From NCBI GenBank assembly GCA_963729605.1, contig CAVSNY010000005.1, forward strand, positions 87,318 through 151,317: 64,000 bases of DNA. Reading direction: 5' to 3'. Origin of the DNA: an uncultured Gammaproteobacteria bacterium. Its GTDB lineage: Bacteria > Pseudomonadota > Gammaproteobacteria > DRLM01. The position numbers and the translations under genes were made by a program. This document shows, in pieces, positions 34,142-42,637 of this stretch (positions are counted from its first letter, which is position 1; each line of letters starts with the position of its first letter). Below the pieces are notes generated by a model. The model had not been told where the DNA came from and made no database searches. It saw only the letters and a program-made list of their open reading frames with translations.

Positions 34142-35461
34142 ATGACTGAAGCCGCCTCCTACATCACCCTGGCCCTGCTCACCGCGCTGGCGGCGCTGTG
34201 CGGCGCCTTCTTCGCCCACATCCGCGCCCAACGCCAGATCACCGGCCTGCGGGAGGAGAACGCCAGCCTCAAGGCCACCGTCAACATCGAACGCCGCACC
34301 ACCGAAGAAAAAGTCGCGATGATCGAGAGCGCCCGCAATCAGCTCACCGATACCTTCGCCGCCTTATCCAGCCAGGCGCTGCGCAACAGCACGGAAGAAT
34401 TCCTCAAGCTCGCCCAGCAAGGCATGCAGCAATTTCACGTGCGCGCCCAGGGCGATCTCGAGCAAAAGGAAAAATCCATCGGCGTGTTGATGCAGCCCGT
34501 CAAAGAGGCGCTCACCCGCACCGAACAACAACTGCGCGAGCTGGAAAAAGAACGCAAAGAGGCCTACGGCTCGCTGAGCAAACACCTGGAAAGCATGGCG
34601 CAGACCCAGCAACTCCTGCAGGGCGAGACCCGCAATCTGGTACAAGCGCTGCGCCGTCCCGAGGTGCGCGGCCAATGGGGCGAGATGACGCTGAAGCGCC
34701 TCGCCGAACTGGCGGGCATGGTGCAATACTGCGATTTCATCGAGCAGGAAACCGTGCAGGGCGAAAACGGCAATCTGCGCCCCGACATGGTGGTGCGCAT
34801 GCCCGACGGACGGGAAATCGTGGTGGACGTCAAAACCCCGCTCGACGCGTATTTGAGCGCGGTGGAAGCGCCGGACGACACGGTGCGCACCTGGCATCTC
34901 GAACGCCACGCCCGCAAGGTGCGCGACCGGGTGCGCGAACTGGCCGGCCGCAATTACTGGGCGCAGTTCAAACGCAGTCCCGACTTCGTGGTGATGTTCA
35001 TCCCCGGCGATCAATTCTTGAGCGCCGCGCTGGACGTCGACCGCGACCTGCTCGAATACGCCCTCGGCCAAAAAGTGGTGCTCGCCACGCCCACCAGCTT
35101 CGTCGCGCTGCTGCGCGCGGTGGGCTACGGCTGGCGCCAACTCAGCCTGGCGGAGAACGCGGAAAAAATCCGCGACCTCGGCGAAGAGCTTTATCAACGC
35201 CTCAGCACCTTCACCGATCATTTATCCAAGCTCGGCAAAAATCTCAGCAGCAGTCTCGACCACTACAACAAGGCGGTGGGTTCCTTCGAACGGCAAGTCA
35301 TGCCCGGCGCGCGCAAGTTCACCGAAATGGGCATCACCCCGCGCAAACCGATGCCTGATCTCGACCAGATCGAAAAAGGCGTGCGGCAAATGGAGAACGC
35401 CGCCGCGACCGCACCGCCCGAAGAAACCGCCGGCGAACCCGATCCGCCCGCCAAACATTAA
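34142..35461 (+). CDS. rmuC: DNA recombination protein RmuC
   Basis: N-terminal TM MTEAASYITLALLTALAALCGAFFA, a long coiled-coil, and a C-terminal RmuC nuclease-like domain (...GEMTLKRLAELAGMVQYCDFIEQE...VVDVKTPLDAY...). Confidence 0.85.
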   Translation: MTEAASYITLALLTALAALCGAFFAHIRAQRQITGLREENASLKATVNIERRTTEEKVAMIESARNQLTDTFAALSSQALRNSTEEFLKLAQQGMQQFHVRAQGDLEQKEKSIGVLMQPVKEALTRTEQQLRELEKERKEAYGSLSKHLESMAQTQQLLQGETRNLVQALRRPEVRGQWGEMTLKRLAELAGMVQYCDFIEQETVQGENGNLRPDMVVRMPDGREIVVDVKTPLDAYLSAVEAPDDTVRTWHLERHARKVRDRVRELAGRNYWAQFKRSPDFVVMFIPGDQFLSAALDVDRDLLEYALGQKVVLATPTSFVALLRAVGYGWRQLSLAENAEKIRDLGEELYQRLSTFTDHLSKLGKNLSSSLDHYNKAVGSFERQVMPGARKFTEMGITPRKPMPDLDQIEKGVRQMENAAATAPPEETAGEPDPPAKH

Positions 35462-35614
35462 GGAACCTCTGATTTGTTCAGAGTTTCCCGCGGCACATGG
35501 ATGTGCCGCCATTTTCAATGGTGTTAACCATTGAAAATGAAGGGGAGCGAAAATCATATTTTCGCTCCCCGTGCCCTGAAAATTCCAGGATGGAATCATT
35601 CAGCGCTTCCTTAA
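35458..35614. mobile_element. MITE-like 157-bp repeat, copy 3, overlapping the rmuC stop codon
   Basis: TTAAGGAACCTCTGATTTG...CATTCAGCGCTTCCTTAA. The rmuC TAA stop (35459-35461) lies inside the left terminal repeat. Internal palindromes CGGCACATGGATGTGCCG and CAATGGTGTTAACCATTG. Confidence 0.55.
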
Positions 35615-35779
35615 ATCCTCGTCGACGGGAAACGCGGGCCGCGCCTCTCCCGCGAACGGGAGCGCGGCGGTGAGGACGCCGGAAAATAGACCCGGCCTCC
35701 ATCATCCCCGCCGCATGGATGCATCCCCGAGAAAAGACCGGCTATACTGCGCGGCCAACAGCACGACACGTCGCATCAC

Positions 35780-36631
35780 ATGCCCGACACCCTCGAATCG
35801 GCCTATCAACACTGCATGCGCATGACGCGCAGCCACTACGAAAATTTTCCGGTGGCCTCGCGTCTATTGCCGCGCGCGCTGCGTACACCGGTGAGCGTGA
35901 TCTACGCCTTTGCCCGCAGCGCCGACGATTTCGCCGACGAAGGCGAACTCGTCCCCGCCGAACGCCTGGCCCGTCTCGACGGGTATTGGCGCCAGCTCGA
36001 CGCCATCGCCGCCGGGCGGACGCCGGGCGATCCGATCTTCATCGCCCTGGCCGATGTGGTGCAACGTCACGCCTTGCCCTTGCAATTGCTTTACGATCTG
36101 CTCACCGCCTTCCGCCAGGACGTCGTCAAATCGCGCTACGCCAATTTTGATGAAGTGCTGGCCTATTGCCGCTACTCCGCCAATCCGGTCGGCCGCATCG
36201 TGTTGCATTTGGCGGGCGACGCCGGCGCGGACAATCTGCGCGACTCCGATAAAATTTGCACCGCGCTCCAGCTCATCAACTTTTGGCAGGACCTCGAACA
36301 GGATTATCTGGAAAGCAATCGTGTCTATTTGCCGCAGGACGAACTGGCGGCCTACGGCGTCGCCGAGGAGCAATTGGGCCGGCGCGGCAACAGCCCGGCG
36401 CTGCGCGCCTTGATGGATAAGCAGATCGAGCGCAGCCGGGGCTTGATGCTGGACGGCGCGCCTCTGGGCGCGCGCCTGCGCGGCCGGCTCGGCATCGAGA
36501 TCCGCGCGACGATACACGGCGGCCTGTGCGTGCTCGACGCCCTCGCCCGCCGGCGCGACGACGTCTTCGCGCGGCCGCGCCTGCGCCGCCGCGACTGGCT
36601 GCGCGTCCTCCGGCGCGCGCTGCTTCCGTAA
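35780..36631 (+). CDS. hpnC: squalene synthase HpnC-type (hydroxysqualene synthase, trans-IPPS head-to-head family)
   Basis: ENFPVASRLLPRALRTPVSVIYAFARSADDFADEG (first Asp-rich region) and LINFWQDLEQDYLESNRVYLP (second) match the SQS/PSY fold. It is followed by hpnD and hpnE. Confidence 0.8.
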   Translation: MPDTLESAYQHCMRMTRSHYENFPVASRLLPRALRTPVSVIYAFARSADDFADEGELVPAERLARLDGYWRQLDAIAAGRTPGDPIFIALADVVQRHALPLQLLYDLLTAFRQDVVKSRYANFDEVLAYCRYSANPVGRIVLHLAGDAGADNLRDSDKICTALQLINFWQDLEQDYLESNRVYLPQDELAAYGVAEEQLGRRGNSPALRALMDKQIERSRGLMLDGAPLGARLRGRLGIEIRATIHGGLCVLDALARRRDDVFARPRLRRRDWLRVLRRALLP

Positions 36632-36681
36632 GCGGCTCGCCGCTCTGCTATGATAAACGCTCGTACCCTTAAGTCGTTGCC

Positions 36682-37542
36682 ATGACCCCCGACGAATACT
36701 GCGAACAGAAAACCACCGGCGCCGGCTCGAGCTTTTATTACAGCTTTTTATTTCTCGAGCCCGACGCCCGCCGCGCCATGACCATCCTCTACGCCTTCTG
36801 CCGCGAGGTGGACGACGCGGTGGACGAATGCAGCGATCCGGCCATCGCCCGCGTCAAACTCGCCTGGTGGCGCGAAGAGATCGCCCGCAGTTTCGCCGGC
36901 CAGCCGCAGCACCCGGTGACCAAGGCCTTGCAATGGGCCACCGGCCGCTACAAGTTGCCGCAAGAATATTTCCTCGAAATCATCAGCGGCATGGAGATGG
37001 ATCTGGACTGCAATGCCTACCGCAGTTTCACCGAACTCTCGCTGTACTGTTATCGCGCCGCATCCGTGGTGGGCCTGCTCGCGGCGGAAATCTTCGGCTA
37101 CCAGGACCCGCGCACCTTGAAATACGCCCACGATCTGGGCATGGCCTTCCAACTCACCAACATCCTGCGCGACGTGGCCGAAGACGGCGAGCGCGGCCGG
37201 GTCTATATTCCGGAGGACGAGATGGCCCGCTACGGCGTCACCCGCGACGACATCCTGCATGGCCGCATGAGCGACGCCATGCGCGGGCTGCTGCGCCATC
37301 AGGCCGACCGCGCGCGCCGCTATTACACGCAAGCCTTCAGCCATTTGCCGGACACCGACCGTTACCACCAACGCAGCGGCATCATCATGGCCTCGGTCTA
37401 TCAGGCCTTGTTGCAGGCCATCGAAGACAGCGATTTTCAAATCTTCGAAGAGCGCGTCCGCCTCAGTCCGGCGCGCAAGATGTGGATCGCCTGGCAGACC
37501 GCACGGCGGGAAAAACGCCAGCACCTCGCCCGCGCGGTTTGA
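36682..37542 (+). CDS. hpnD: presqualene diphosphate synthase HpnD
   Basis: SFYYSFLFLEPDARRAMTILYAFCREVDDAVDE...LTNILRDVAEDGERGRVYIPEDEM are the SQS/PSY-family motifs. Operon context. Confidence 0.8.
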   Translation: MTPDEYCEQKTTGAGSSFYYSFLFLEPDARRAMTILYAFCREVDDAVDECSDPAIARVKLAWWREEIARSFAGQPQHPVTKALQWATGRYKLPQEYFLEIISGMEMDLDCNAYRSFTELSLYCYRAASVVGLLAAEIFGYQDPRTLKYAHDLGMAFQLTNILRDVAEDGERGRVYIPEDEMARYGVTRDDILHGRMSDAMRGLLRHQADRARRYYTQAFSHLPDTDRYHQRSGIIMASVYQALLQAIEDSDFQIFEERVRLSPARKMWIAWQTARREKRQHLARAV

Positions 37543-37812
37543 ATCTCCGTCCATTCAGACCTGACGCACCGTGAGCCATCATCACCCGCCGTCATACGCG
37601 CATTCCGGAAGGCGCCGCGGAATACAGCCCGCGGCGAACGATCTTTTCTCCCGCTCGATGAAATGTATCGAGGGGAAAACGAAAACGGCGGATGTCCGGC
37701 CCTGTCACCCCCATTCCAATCCGCCTCCCGCAAGGGGGAAGGAGCCGTTCGATTCATCTTTCTTAGTTGCCGCGTCATTAACGACGCGCCCTGTTCAAGG
37801 GGCCGGCTGAGC

Positions 37813-39147
37813 ATGCGGGTCGTGGTGGTGGGCGGCGGTTGGGCGGGACTGGCGGCGGCCGTCGAGTTGTGCCGTCATGATATTCACGTCACCCTCATCG
37901 AGGCCGCGCCGCGATTGGGCGGCCGCGCCCGCGCGGTGACGCGCGGCGGCGTGGTCTTCGACAACGGCCAGCATCTGTTCATCGGCGCTTATCGGGAAGT
38001 GCTGCGTTTGATGACCATCGTCGGCGTCGCGGAAGAGCGGATATTTTTACGCCGTCCCCTGCACTGGTTGATGCGTCATCCCAATGCACCCAGCGTGGAA
38101 ATCAGCGCGCCGCATTTGCCCGCGCCGCTGCACATGGCCTGGGCCCTGCTGCGGGCGCGGGGTTATCACTTTGCCGAACGCCGCGCCGCCTTGCGCGCCT
38201 GCGTCCGCGTGTTGCGGCCGTCCGCCACGGCGGGCGACGTCACGGTGGCGGCCTGGCTGCGACAGGGCGGGCAACCGCCGCGGGTCATCGACACCTTGTG
38301 GTCGCCGCTGTGCCTCGCCGCCCTCAACACCCCCATCGAACAGGCCTCGGCGGAGGTGTTCGTGCGTGTGTTGCGCGATGCCTTTCTGGAACGCCGCGCC
38401 GATTCGGATCTGCTGATCCCGCGTTGCGATTTGGGCGGCGTATTCCCCGCGCCCGCCGCCGCGTTCATCCAGGGCCGCGGCGGACACATTCAATTGGGTG
38501 AACGGGTGAACGCCCTGCTCAGCGACGGCGCGCGCATCGGCGGCGTGCGTACCCGCCGCGCCGATTATCCGGCCGAACAAGTGATCCTCGCCGTACCGCC
38601 GGAATCTTGCGCGGCCTTGCTGGCGGGCCACCCGGCCTTGGCGCCTTTGCTGGCGCCGCTCGCGGCGCTGGGCACGCAGCCGATCTGCACCGCGTATCTG
38701 CGCTACGCCCCCGGCTTGCCGCTGGCCGTTCCCATGACCGGCATGGCCGGCGGCCTCGGCCAGTGGCTGTTCGATTTGACGGTGATGGACAAACCGGGCT
38801 GGGTGGCGGTGGTGCTCAGCGGCCCGGGCCGGCATATGGCGATGGACAATGAAAGCCTGTTGAACGCGCTGGCCGCGGAAATCGCCGCGTTGTGGCCGGG
38901 GCCGGCGCGTTATCAAGAAGGTTTCGTGATCCGGGAAAAACGCGCGACGTTTTCCTGCGAGGCGGGAATCAACGCGTTGCGCCTCCCGCCGCATACGGCC
39001 TTGGCCGGTTGCCGGCTGGCGGGCGATCACACCGCGACCGGCTATCCAGCCACCTTGGAAGGCGCGGTGCGCAGCGGCGTGTCCTGCGCGCAAGACATCA
39101 TCGCCCTGCGTAACGGCACGGAGGCACCGTACCCAAGCTCATTCTAA
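37813..39147 (+). CDS. hpnE: hydroxysqualene dehydroxylase HpnE (FAD-dependent amine-oxidase fold)
   Basis: Start MRVVVVGGGWAGLAAAVEL (GxGxxG) ...LIEAAPRLGGRA... Operon context with hpnCD. Confidence 0.8.
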   Translation: MRVVVVGGGWAGLAAAVELCRHDIHVTLIEAAPRLGGRARAVTRGGVVFDNGQHLFIGAYREVLRLMTIVGVAEERIFLRRPLHWLMRHPNAPSVEISAPHLPAPLHMAWALLRARGYHFAERRAALRACVRVLRPSATAGDVTVAAWLRQGGQPPRVIDTLWSPLCLAALNTPIEQASAEVFVRVLRDAFLERRADSDLLIPRCDLGGVFPAPAAAFIQGRGGHIQLGERVNALLSDGARIGGVRTRRADYPAEQVILAVPPESCAALLAGHPALAPLLAPLAALGTQPICTAYLRYAPGLPLAVPMTGMAGGLGQWLFDLTVMDKPGWVAVVLSGPGRHMAMDNESLLNALAAEIAALWPGPARYQEGFVIREKRATFSCEAGINALRLPPHTALAGCRLAGDHTATGYPATLEGAVRSGVSCAQDIIALRNGTEAPYPSSF

Positions 39148-39159
39148 AAACCGCGAATA

Positions 39160-39292
39160 CTGGCCACGGAGAACACGGAGAACACGGAGAACACGGAGAA
39201 ACAGGATGCTGTGGCATAGGGCGAGTTAAGCCCTTGGATGACGTCGGACGCGAAATCGGATTTTCCTCCGTAAACTCCGTGTCCTCCATAGT
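39160..39292. repeat. 9-bp tandem repeat (CACGGAGAA x4) forming the left arm of an imperfect long inverted repeat, between convergent hpnE and the GspE-like gene
   Basis: 39166-39201 is cacggagaa x4. A complementary arm ttttcctccgtaaactccgtgtcctcc lies at 39262-39288. This is probably a bidirectional terminator structure. Confidence 0.4.
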
Positions 39293-39308
39293 CAATATTT
39301 TTTCAGCG

Positions 39309-41063
39309 TCATCCTTCCAATTGCACGGCGAAGACTTCTTCGATGGATGTCTTGCCGGTGCGGGCGAGGGTCAACGCGTTGTCACCCAGTTTGCTCATGC
39401 CTGACGCCACGGCGGCTTGTTGAATTTGCTGAGTGGAGCCGCCGTCGTTGATGAGCTGGGCGATCTCCGGTGTGACCACCAGTAGCTCGCACACCGTCAT
39501 GCGGCCGCGATAGCCGGTTTGATTGCAGGCCTCGCAGCCTTTGCCGCGGTAAAACACCTCCTCCGGCTGCAAGTTGAGACTATGACGGATATAGGGTTCC
39601 ACCTCTTCCGGGGCGAGGCACTTCGGACAATTGACCCGCACCAGGCGTTGCGCCATCACGCCCAACAGGGTGGAGCTCAATAAATAGGATTCGAGGCCCA
39701 TGTCCACCAGACGTGTGACGGTGCTGGCCGCGTCGTTGGTGTGCAGAGTGCTGAACACCAAGTGGCCGGTGAGCGCGGCCTTGTTGGCGATGTGGGCGGT
39801 CTCCTCGTCGCGGATCTCGCCGACCATGATCACGTCGGGGTCGTGACGCAAAAACTGCCGCAAGGCTTGGGCGAAGGTATAACCCTTCACCACCGAGATC
39901 TGCACCTGCTCCACGCCGTCCATGTCGTATTCCACCGGGTCTTCCACGGTGAGCAAATGCACGTTGCGTTTCTTCACCTCGTTGAGAATGGCGTACAAGG
40001 TAGTGGATTTGCCGGAACCGGTGGGACCGGTGACCAGGAATAAACCATGGGGGCGGACCATCAGCCGCTTGATCAAGGTGTATTCCCGTTCCTGCAATCC
40101 CAGGGACTCCAGCGGTCGCACGCCGGCGTCCTTGTCGAGGATACGGATCACCACGCTTTCACCTTTGACGGTCGGCACCACCGAGATACGCAGGTCGATG
40201 TTCTTGGTGCCCCAAGCCAGGCGGGCGTGGCCGTCCTGTGGCAGGCGGCGTTCCGAGATGTCCATCTGGCCGGTGATCTTGATGCGGCTGACCAGGGCCG
40301 GCAGCAGCGACCGGCTCATGGTGCGGGAATAATGCAGGCGGCCGTCGATGCGGTAATACACGTTCACCCGGTCTTTCTCGGGGCGGATATTGATGTCCGA
40401 GGCGCCCTTGGTCACGCCTTGCAGCAAGATGGCGTTGACCAGCCGCACGATGGGTTTGCGCTGGGCCTCCTGCTCCATGACGTACAGTGAATCGGAATTG
40501 TCCGGGGAACTGCCCACCGGATCGAGCTGGAGGTCCTCGATGGCCTCGCTCTCCTCCAATTTGCTGTAAAACTTCTGCAGCAAGGCGCGGATGTCCGCGC
40601 CGGCGGCCATCACCGCCTCGATGTTGGCATTGGTATTGAAGCGCAGGGCGTTGACCACGGTCTGGTCGAGGGGATTCTCCATGGCGACGATCAGCTTGCC
40701 GTTCATCTCGCCCAAGGGCACCACGTTATATTGAATGGCCAAATCGGCGGGCAGACGCGAGAGCATTTGCGAAGGAAGATCGAAACCCTGCAAATTGAGG
40801 AAAGGAATACCCAACTTCTTGGCGAGGGCCACGTTCACCTCTTCCTGGGAGACCAATTGCATGTCCAGCAGGATTTGCCCCAGATGTTTTCCCTTGCTGT
40901 GCTTTTGTCGGATCAGGGCTTCGTGGAGCTGCTCGCGGCTGACCAGCTTTTCCGCCACGAAGATCTCGCCGAGCCGCAGATCCGGCGAGCGGTGGGTCTC
41001 GTCCAGCACCTCTTTTAATTCGTGGACCGAATTGACGATGTGGTTTTTGCCTGATCCCGACAT
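39309..41063 (-). CDS. GspE/PilB-family secretion ATPase with N-terminal MshEN-type (c-di-GMP-binding) tandem motifs, orphan
   Basis: Walker A GPTGSGKSTT, Asp box, Walker B VIMVGEIRDEETA, His box LVFSTLHTNDAAS, tetracysteine CPKC...CEAC. The N-terminus has two 24-aa motifs, RLGEIFVAEKLVSREQLHEALIRQ and HLGQILLDMQLVSQEEVNVALAKK, matching the MshEN consensus RLGxx(L/I/V)(L/I/V)xxG(L/I/V)(L/I/V)xxxxLxxxLxxQ apart from the Gly position. A GSPII_E_N domain follows. Confidence 0.85.
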   Translation of the reverse strand: MSGSGKNHIVNSVHELKEVLDETHRSPDLRLGEIFVAEKLVSREQLHEALIRQKHSKGKHLGQILLDMQLVSQEEVNVALAKKLGIPFLNLQGFDLPSQMLSRLPADLAIQYNVVPLGEMNGKLIVAMENPLDQTVVNALRFNTNANIEAVMAAGADIRALLQKFYSKLEESEAIEDLQLDPVGSSPDNSDSLYVMEQEAQRKPIVRLVNAILLQGVTKGASDINIRPEKDRVNVYYRIDGRLHYSRTMSRSLLPALVSRIKITGQMDISERRLPQDGHARLAWGTKNIDLRISVVPTVKGESVVIRILDKDAGVRPLESLGLQEREYTLIKRLMVRPHGLFLVTGPTGSGKSTTLYAILNEVKKRNVHLLTVEDPVEYDMDGVEQVQISVVKGYTFAQALRQFLRHDPDVIMVGEIRDEETAHIANKAALTGHLVFSTLHTNDAASTVTRLVDMGLESYLLSSTLLGVMAQRLVRVNCPKCLAPEEVEPYIRHSLNLQPEEVFYRGKGCEACNQTGYRGRMTVCELLVVTPEIAQLINDGGSTQQIQQAAVASGMSKLGDNALTLARTGKTSIEEVFAVQLEG

Positions 41064-41464
41064 TTTTCATTTTCCTAAATTAACGGAGAGGGACAACCCG
41101 CCGGCCGGCGGCGCTTCGATCCTGCGGGTCCTCATCCGAGGACCGGCTCTTGAACAACATCAATACCGTCTGGGTTATCGTCACGTAAGGCGGGTGGGAT
41201 GATTCGCCGCCGGCGGCAAGAGTCTGCCGCCTTCAACTCATACGTAGTTAAATTGCCATCCGATCTGCCAATTATTTGACCAGTCCGCCATTTGTCAATG
41301 ACGTAACCCCGTTAAATTATCAGGCCTTGGCGGTTTTACGGCCAGGGCGGTCGCCGTGAACCCCCCATTTTTAGCGGCAAATCGACGGCCAAGACAAGCG
41401 CGACCAGATTGGCACACATCTGGCATAATCTTCAGCGCAAGGCGTTTTACTCGGAGATAAAAAA

Positions 41465-42421
41465 ATGACGGCGCCACATATCATGGACGCAGATTTTCAT
41501 CTTGGACAGACCACCCCTGAATCGGTACGGTCGGCTTTCGGACTGATGTCCGATTTATCCGCCGCGGACAGCCAGAGCCTGGAGGCCGTGGTCCGCATCA
41601 ACACCCATTTGCAAACGACCCTGGACATCCAGGCGCTGATAAATATCTTCGCCGATGAAATGCAGCGCTTTGTCCCCTTCGACGCCCTCCGTTACAGTTC
41701 TTCCGCCCACGATTTAGTGGTGGAGCTGGGAAAAGGCGCGCGCAACATCTGTTCATATCGTTTGATCGCCGGTACCGATCTGCTCGGGGAACTGCGATTC
41801 AGCCGCCGCCGTAAATTCACCGTCCTCGAGACCCAAACCATCGAACACCTGATGTGCGCCCTGGTTTACCCGCTGCGCAACGCCCTCACCTATCTTTCCG
41901 CGTTGCGGGCCGCCCACAAGGATCCCCTGACCGGGGTGAACAATCGCAGCGCCTTGGACACGAGCCTGGCCCGTGAAGTGGACATGGCGCGCCGCCACCG
42001 CACCTCGCTGTCGTTGATCATGATGGATATCGACCGTTTCAAATCCATCAACGACAATTATGGCCACACCGCCGGCGACGAGGTCATCAAGGCCTTTACC
42101 GCCGTGGTGGGCACCGCGATCCGCAAGAGCGACATGTTATTCCGCTTCGGCGGCGAGGAATTCGTGGTCTTGTTGAGCAACACCGCCCGCGCCGGGGCCG
42201 TCTTGCTCGCGGAACGCATCCGCCAGGCGGTGGAGCAAAGTCTGGTGAGCATCGGGCATCAGGTCGTACCCATCACCGTCAGCCTCGGCGTTTCCACTCT
42301 CGGTCCGACGGACACGCAGCAGTCCCTGTTCGAAAAAGCGGACAAAGCGCTTTACAACGCCAAGAGCGAAGGCCGCAACTGTGTGCGTTATCTCACGCAT
42401 AACGCCGCCGAAATCGCCTGA
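41465..42421 (+). CDS. diguanylate cyclase (N-terminal GAF-like sensor plus GGDEF domain, GGEEF active site)
   Basis: DPLTGVNNRSALD...MMDIDRFKSINDNYGHTAGDEVI...RFGGEEFVVLL is the canonical GGDEF domain with an intact RxxD I-site region. Confidence 0.85.
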   Translation: MTAPHIMDADFHLGQTTPESVRSAFGLMSDLSAADSQSLEAVVRINTHLQTTLDIQALINIFADEMQRFVPFDALRYSSSAHDLVVELGKGARNICSYRLIAGTDLLGELRFSRRRKFTVLETQTIEHLMCALVYPLRNALTYLSALRAAHKDPLTGVNNRSALDTSLAREVDMARRHRTSLSLIMMDIDRFKSINDNYGHTAGDEVIKAFTAVVGTAIRKSDMLFRFGGEEFVVLLSNTARAGAVLLAERIRQAVEQSLVSIGHQVVPITVSLGVSTLGPTDTQQSLFEKADKALYNAKSEGRNCVRYLTHNAAEIA

Positions 42422-42483
42422 CCCGCGCCCATTCTTTTCATTTGCATCAGCGCGTTTCTCGGCTGATAATGCCGTTGTTTTTA

Positions 42484-42600
42484 ATCTCAAAATTCCCTGC
42501 GGCTTGTGCGGGACCGGGTGATGGGAATTCTCAAAGGGGGGCATCGCGATGCCTCCTTTAAGCAAGCGCGGCGAGGGGGGCATCCCCGCCCGCGGCTAGA
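42484..42600. repeat. ~120-bp dispersed repeat, family 2, copy A (aguA leader region)
   Basis: ATCTCAAAATTCCCTGCGGCTTGTGCGGGACCGGGTGATGG...GCGCGGCGAGGGGGGCATCCCCGCCCGCGGCTAGA aligns with 46908-47030 at the 5' ~45 nt and 3' ~40 nt. Contains the palindrome GCATCGCGATGC. Confidence 0.5.
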
Positions 42601-42637
42601 CCAATCTAATTTTTATCAGTTTGGCGGTAATACACTC

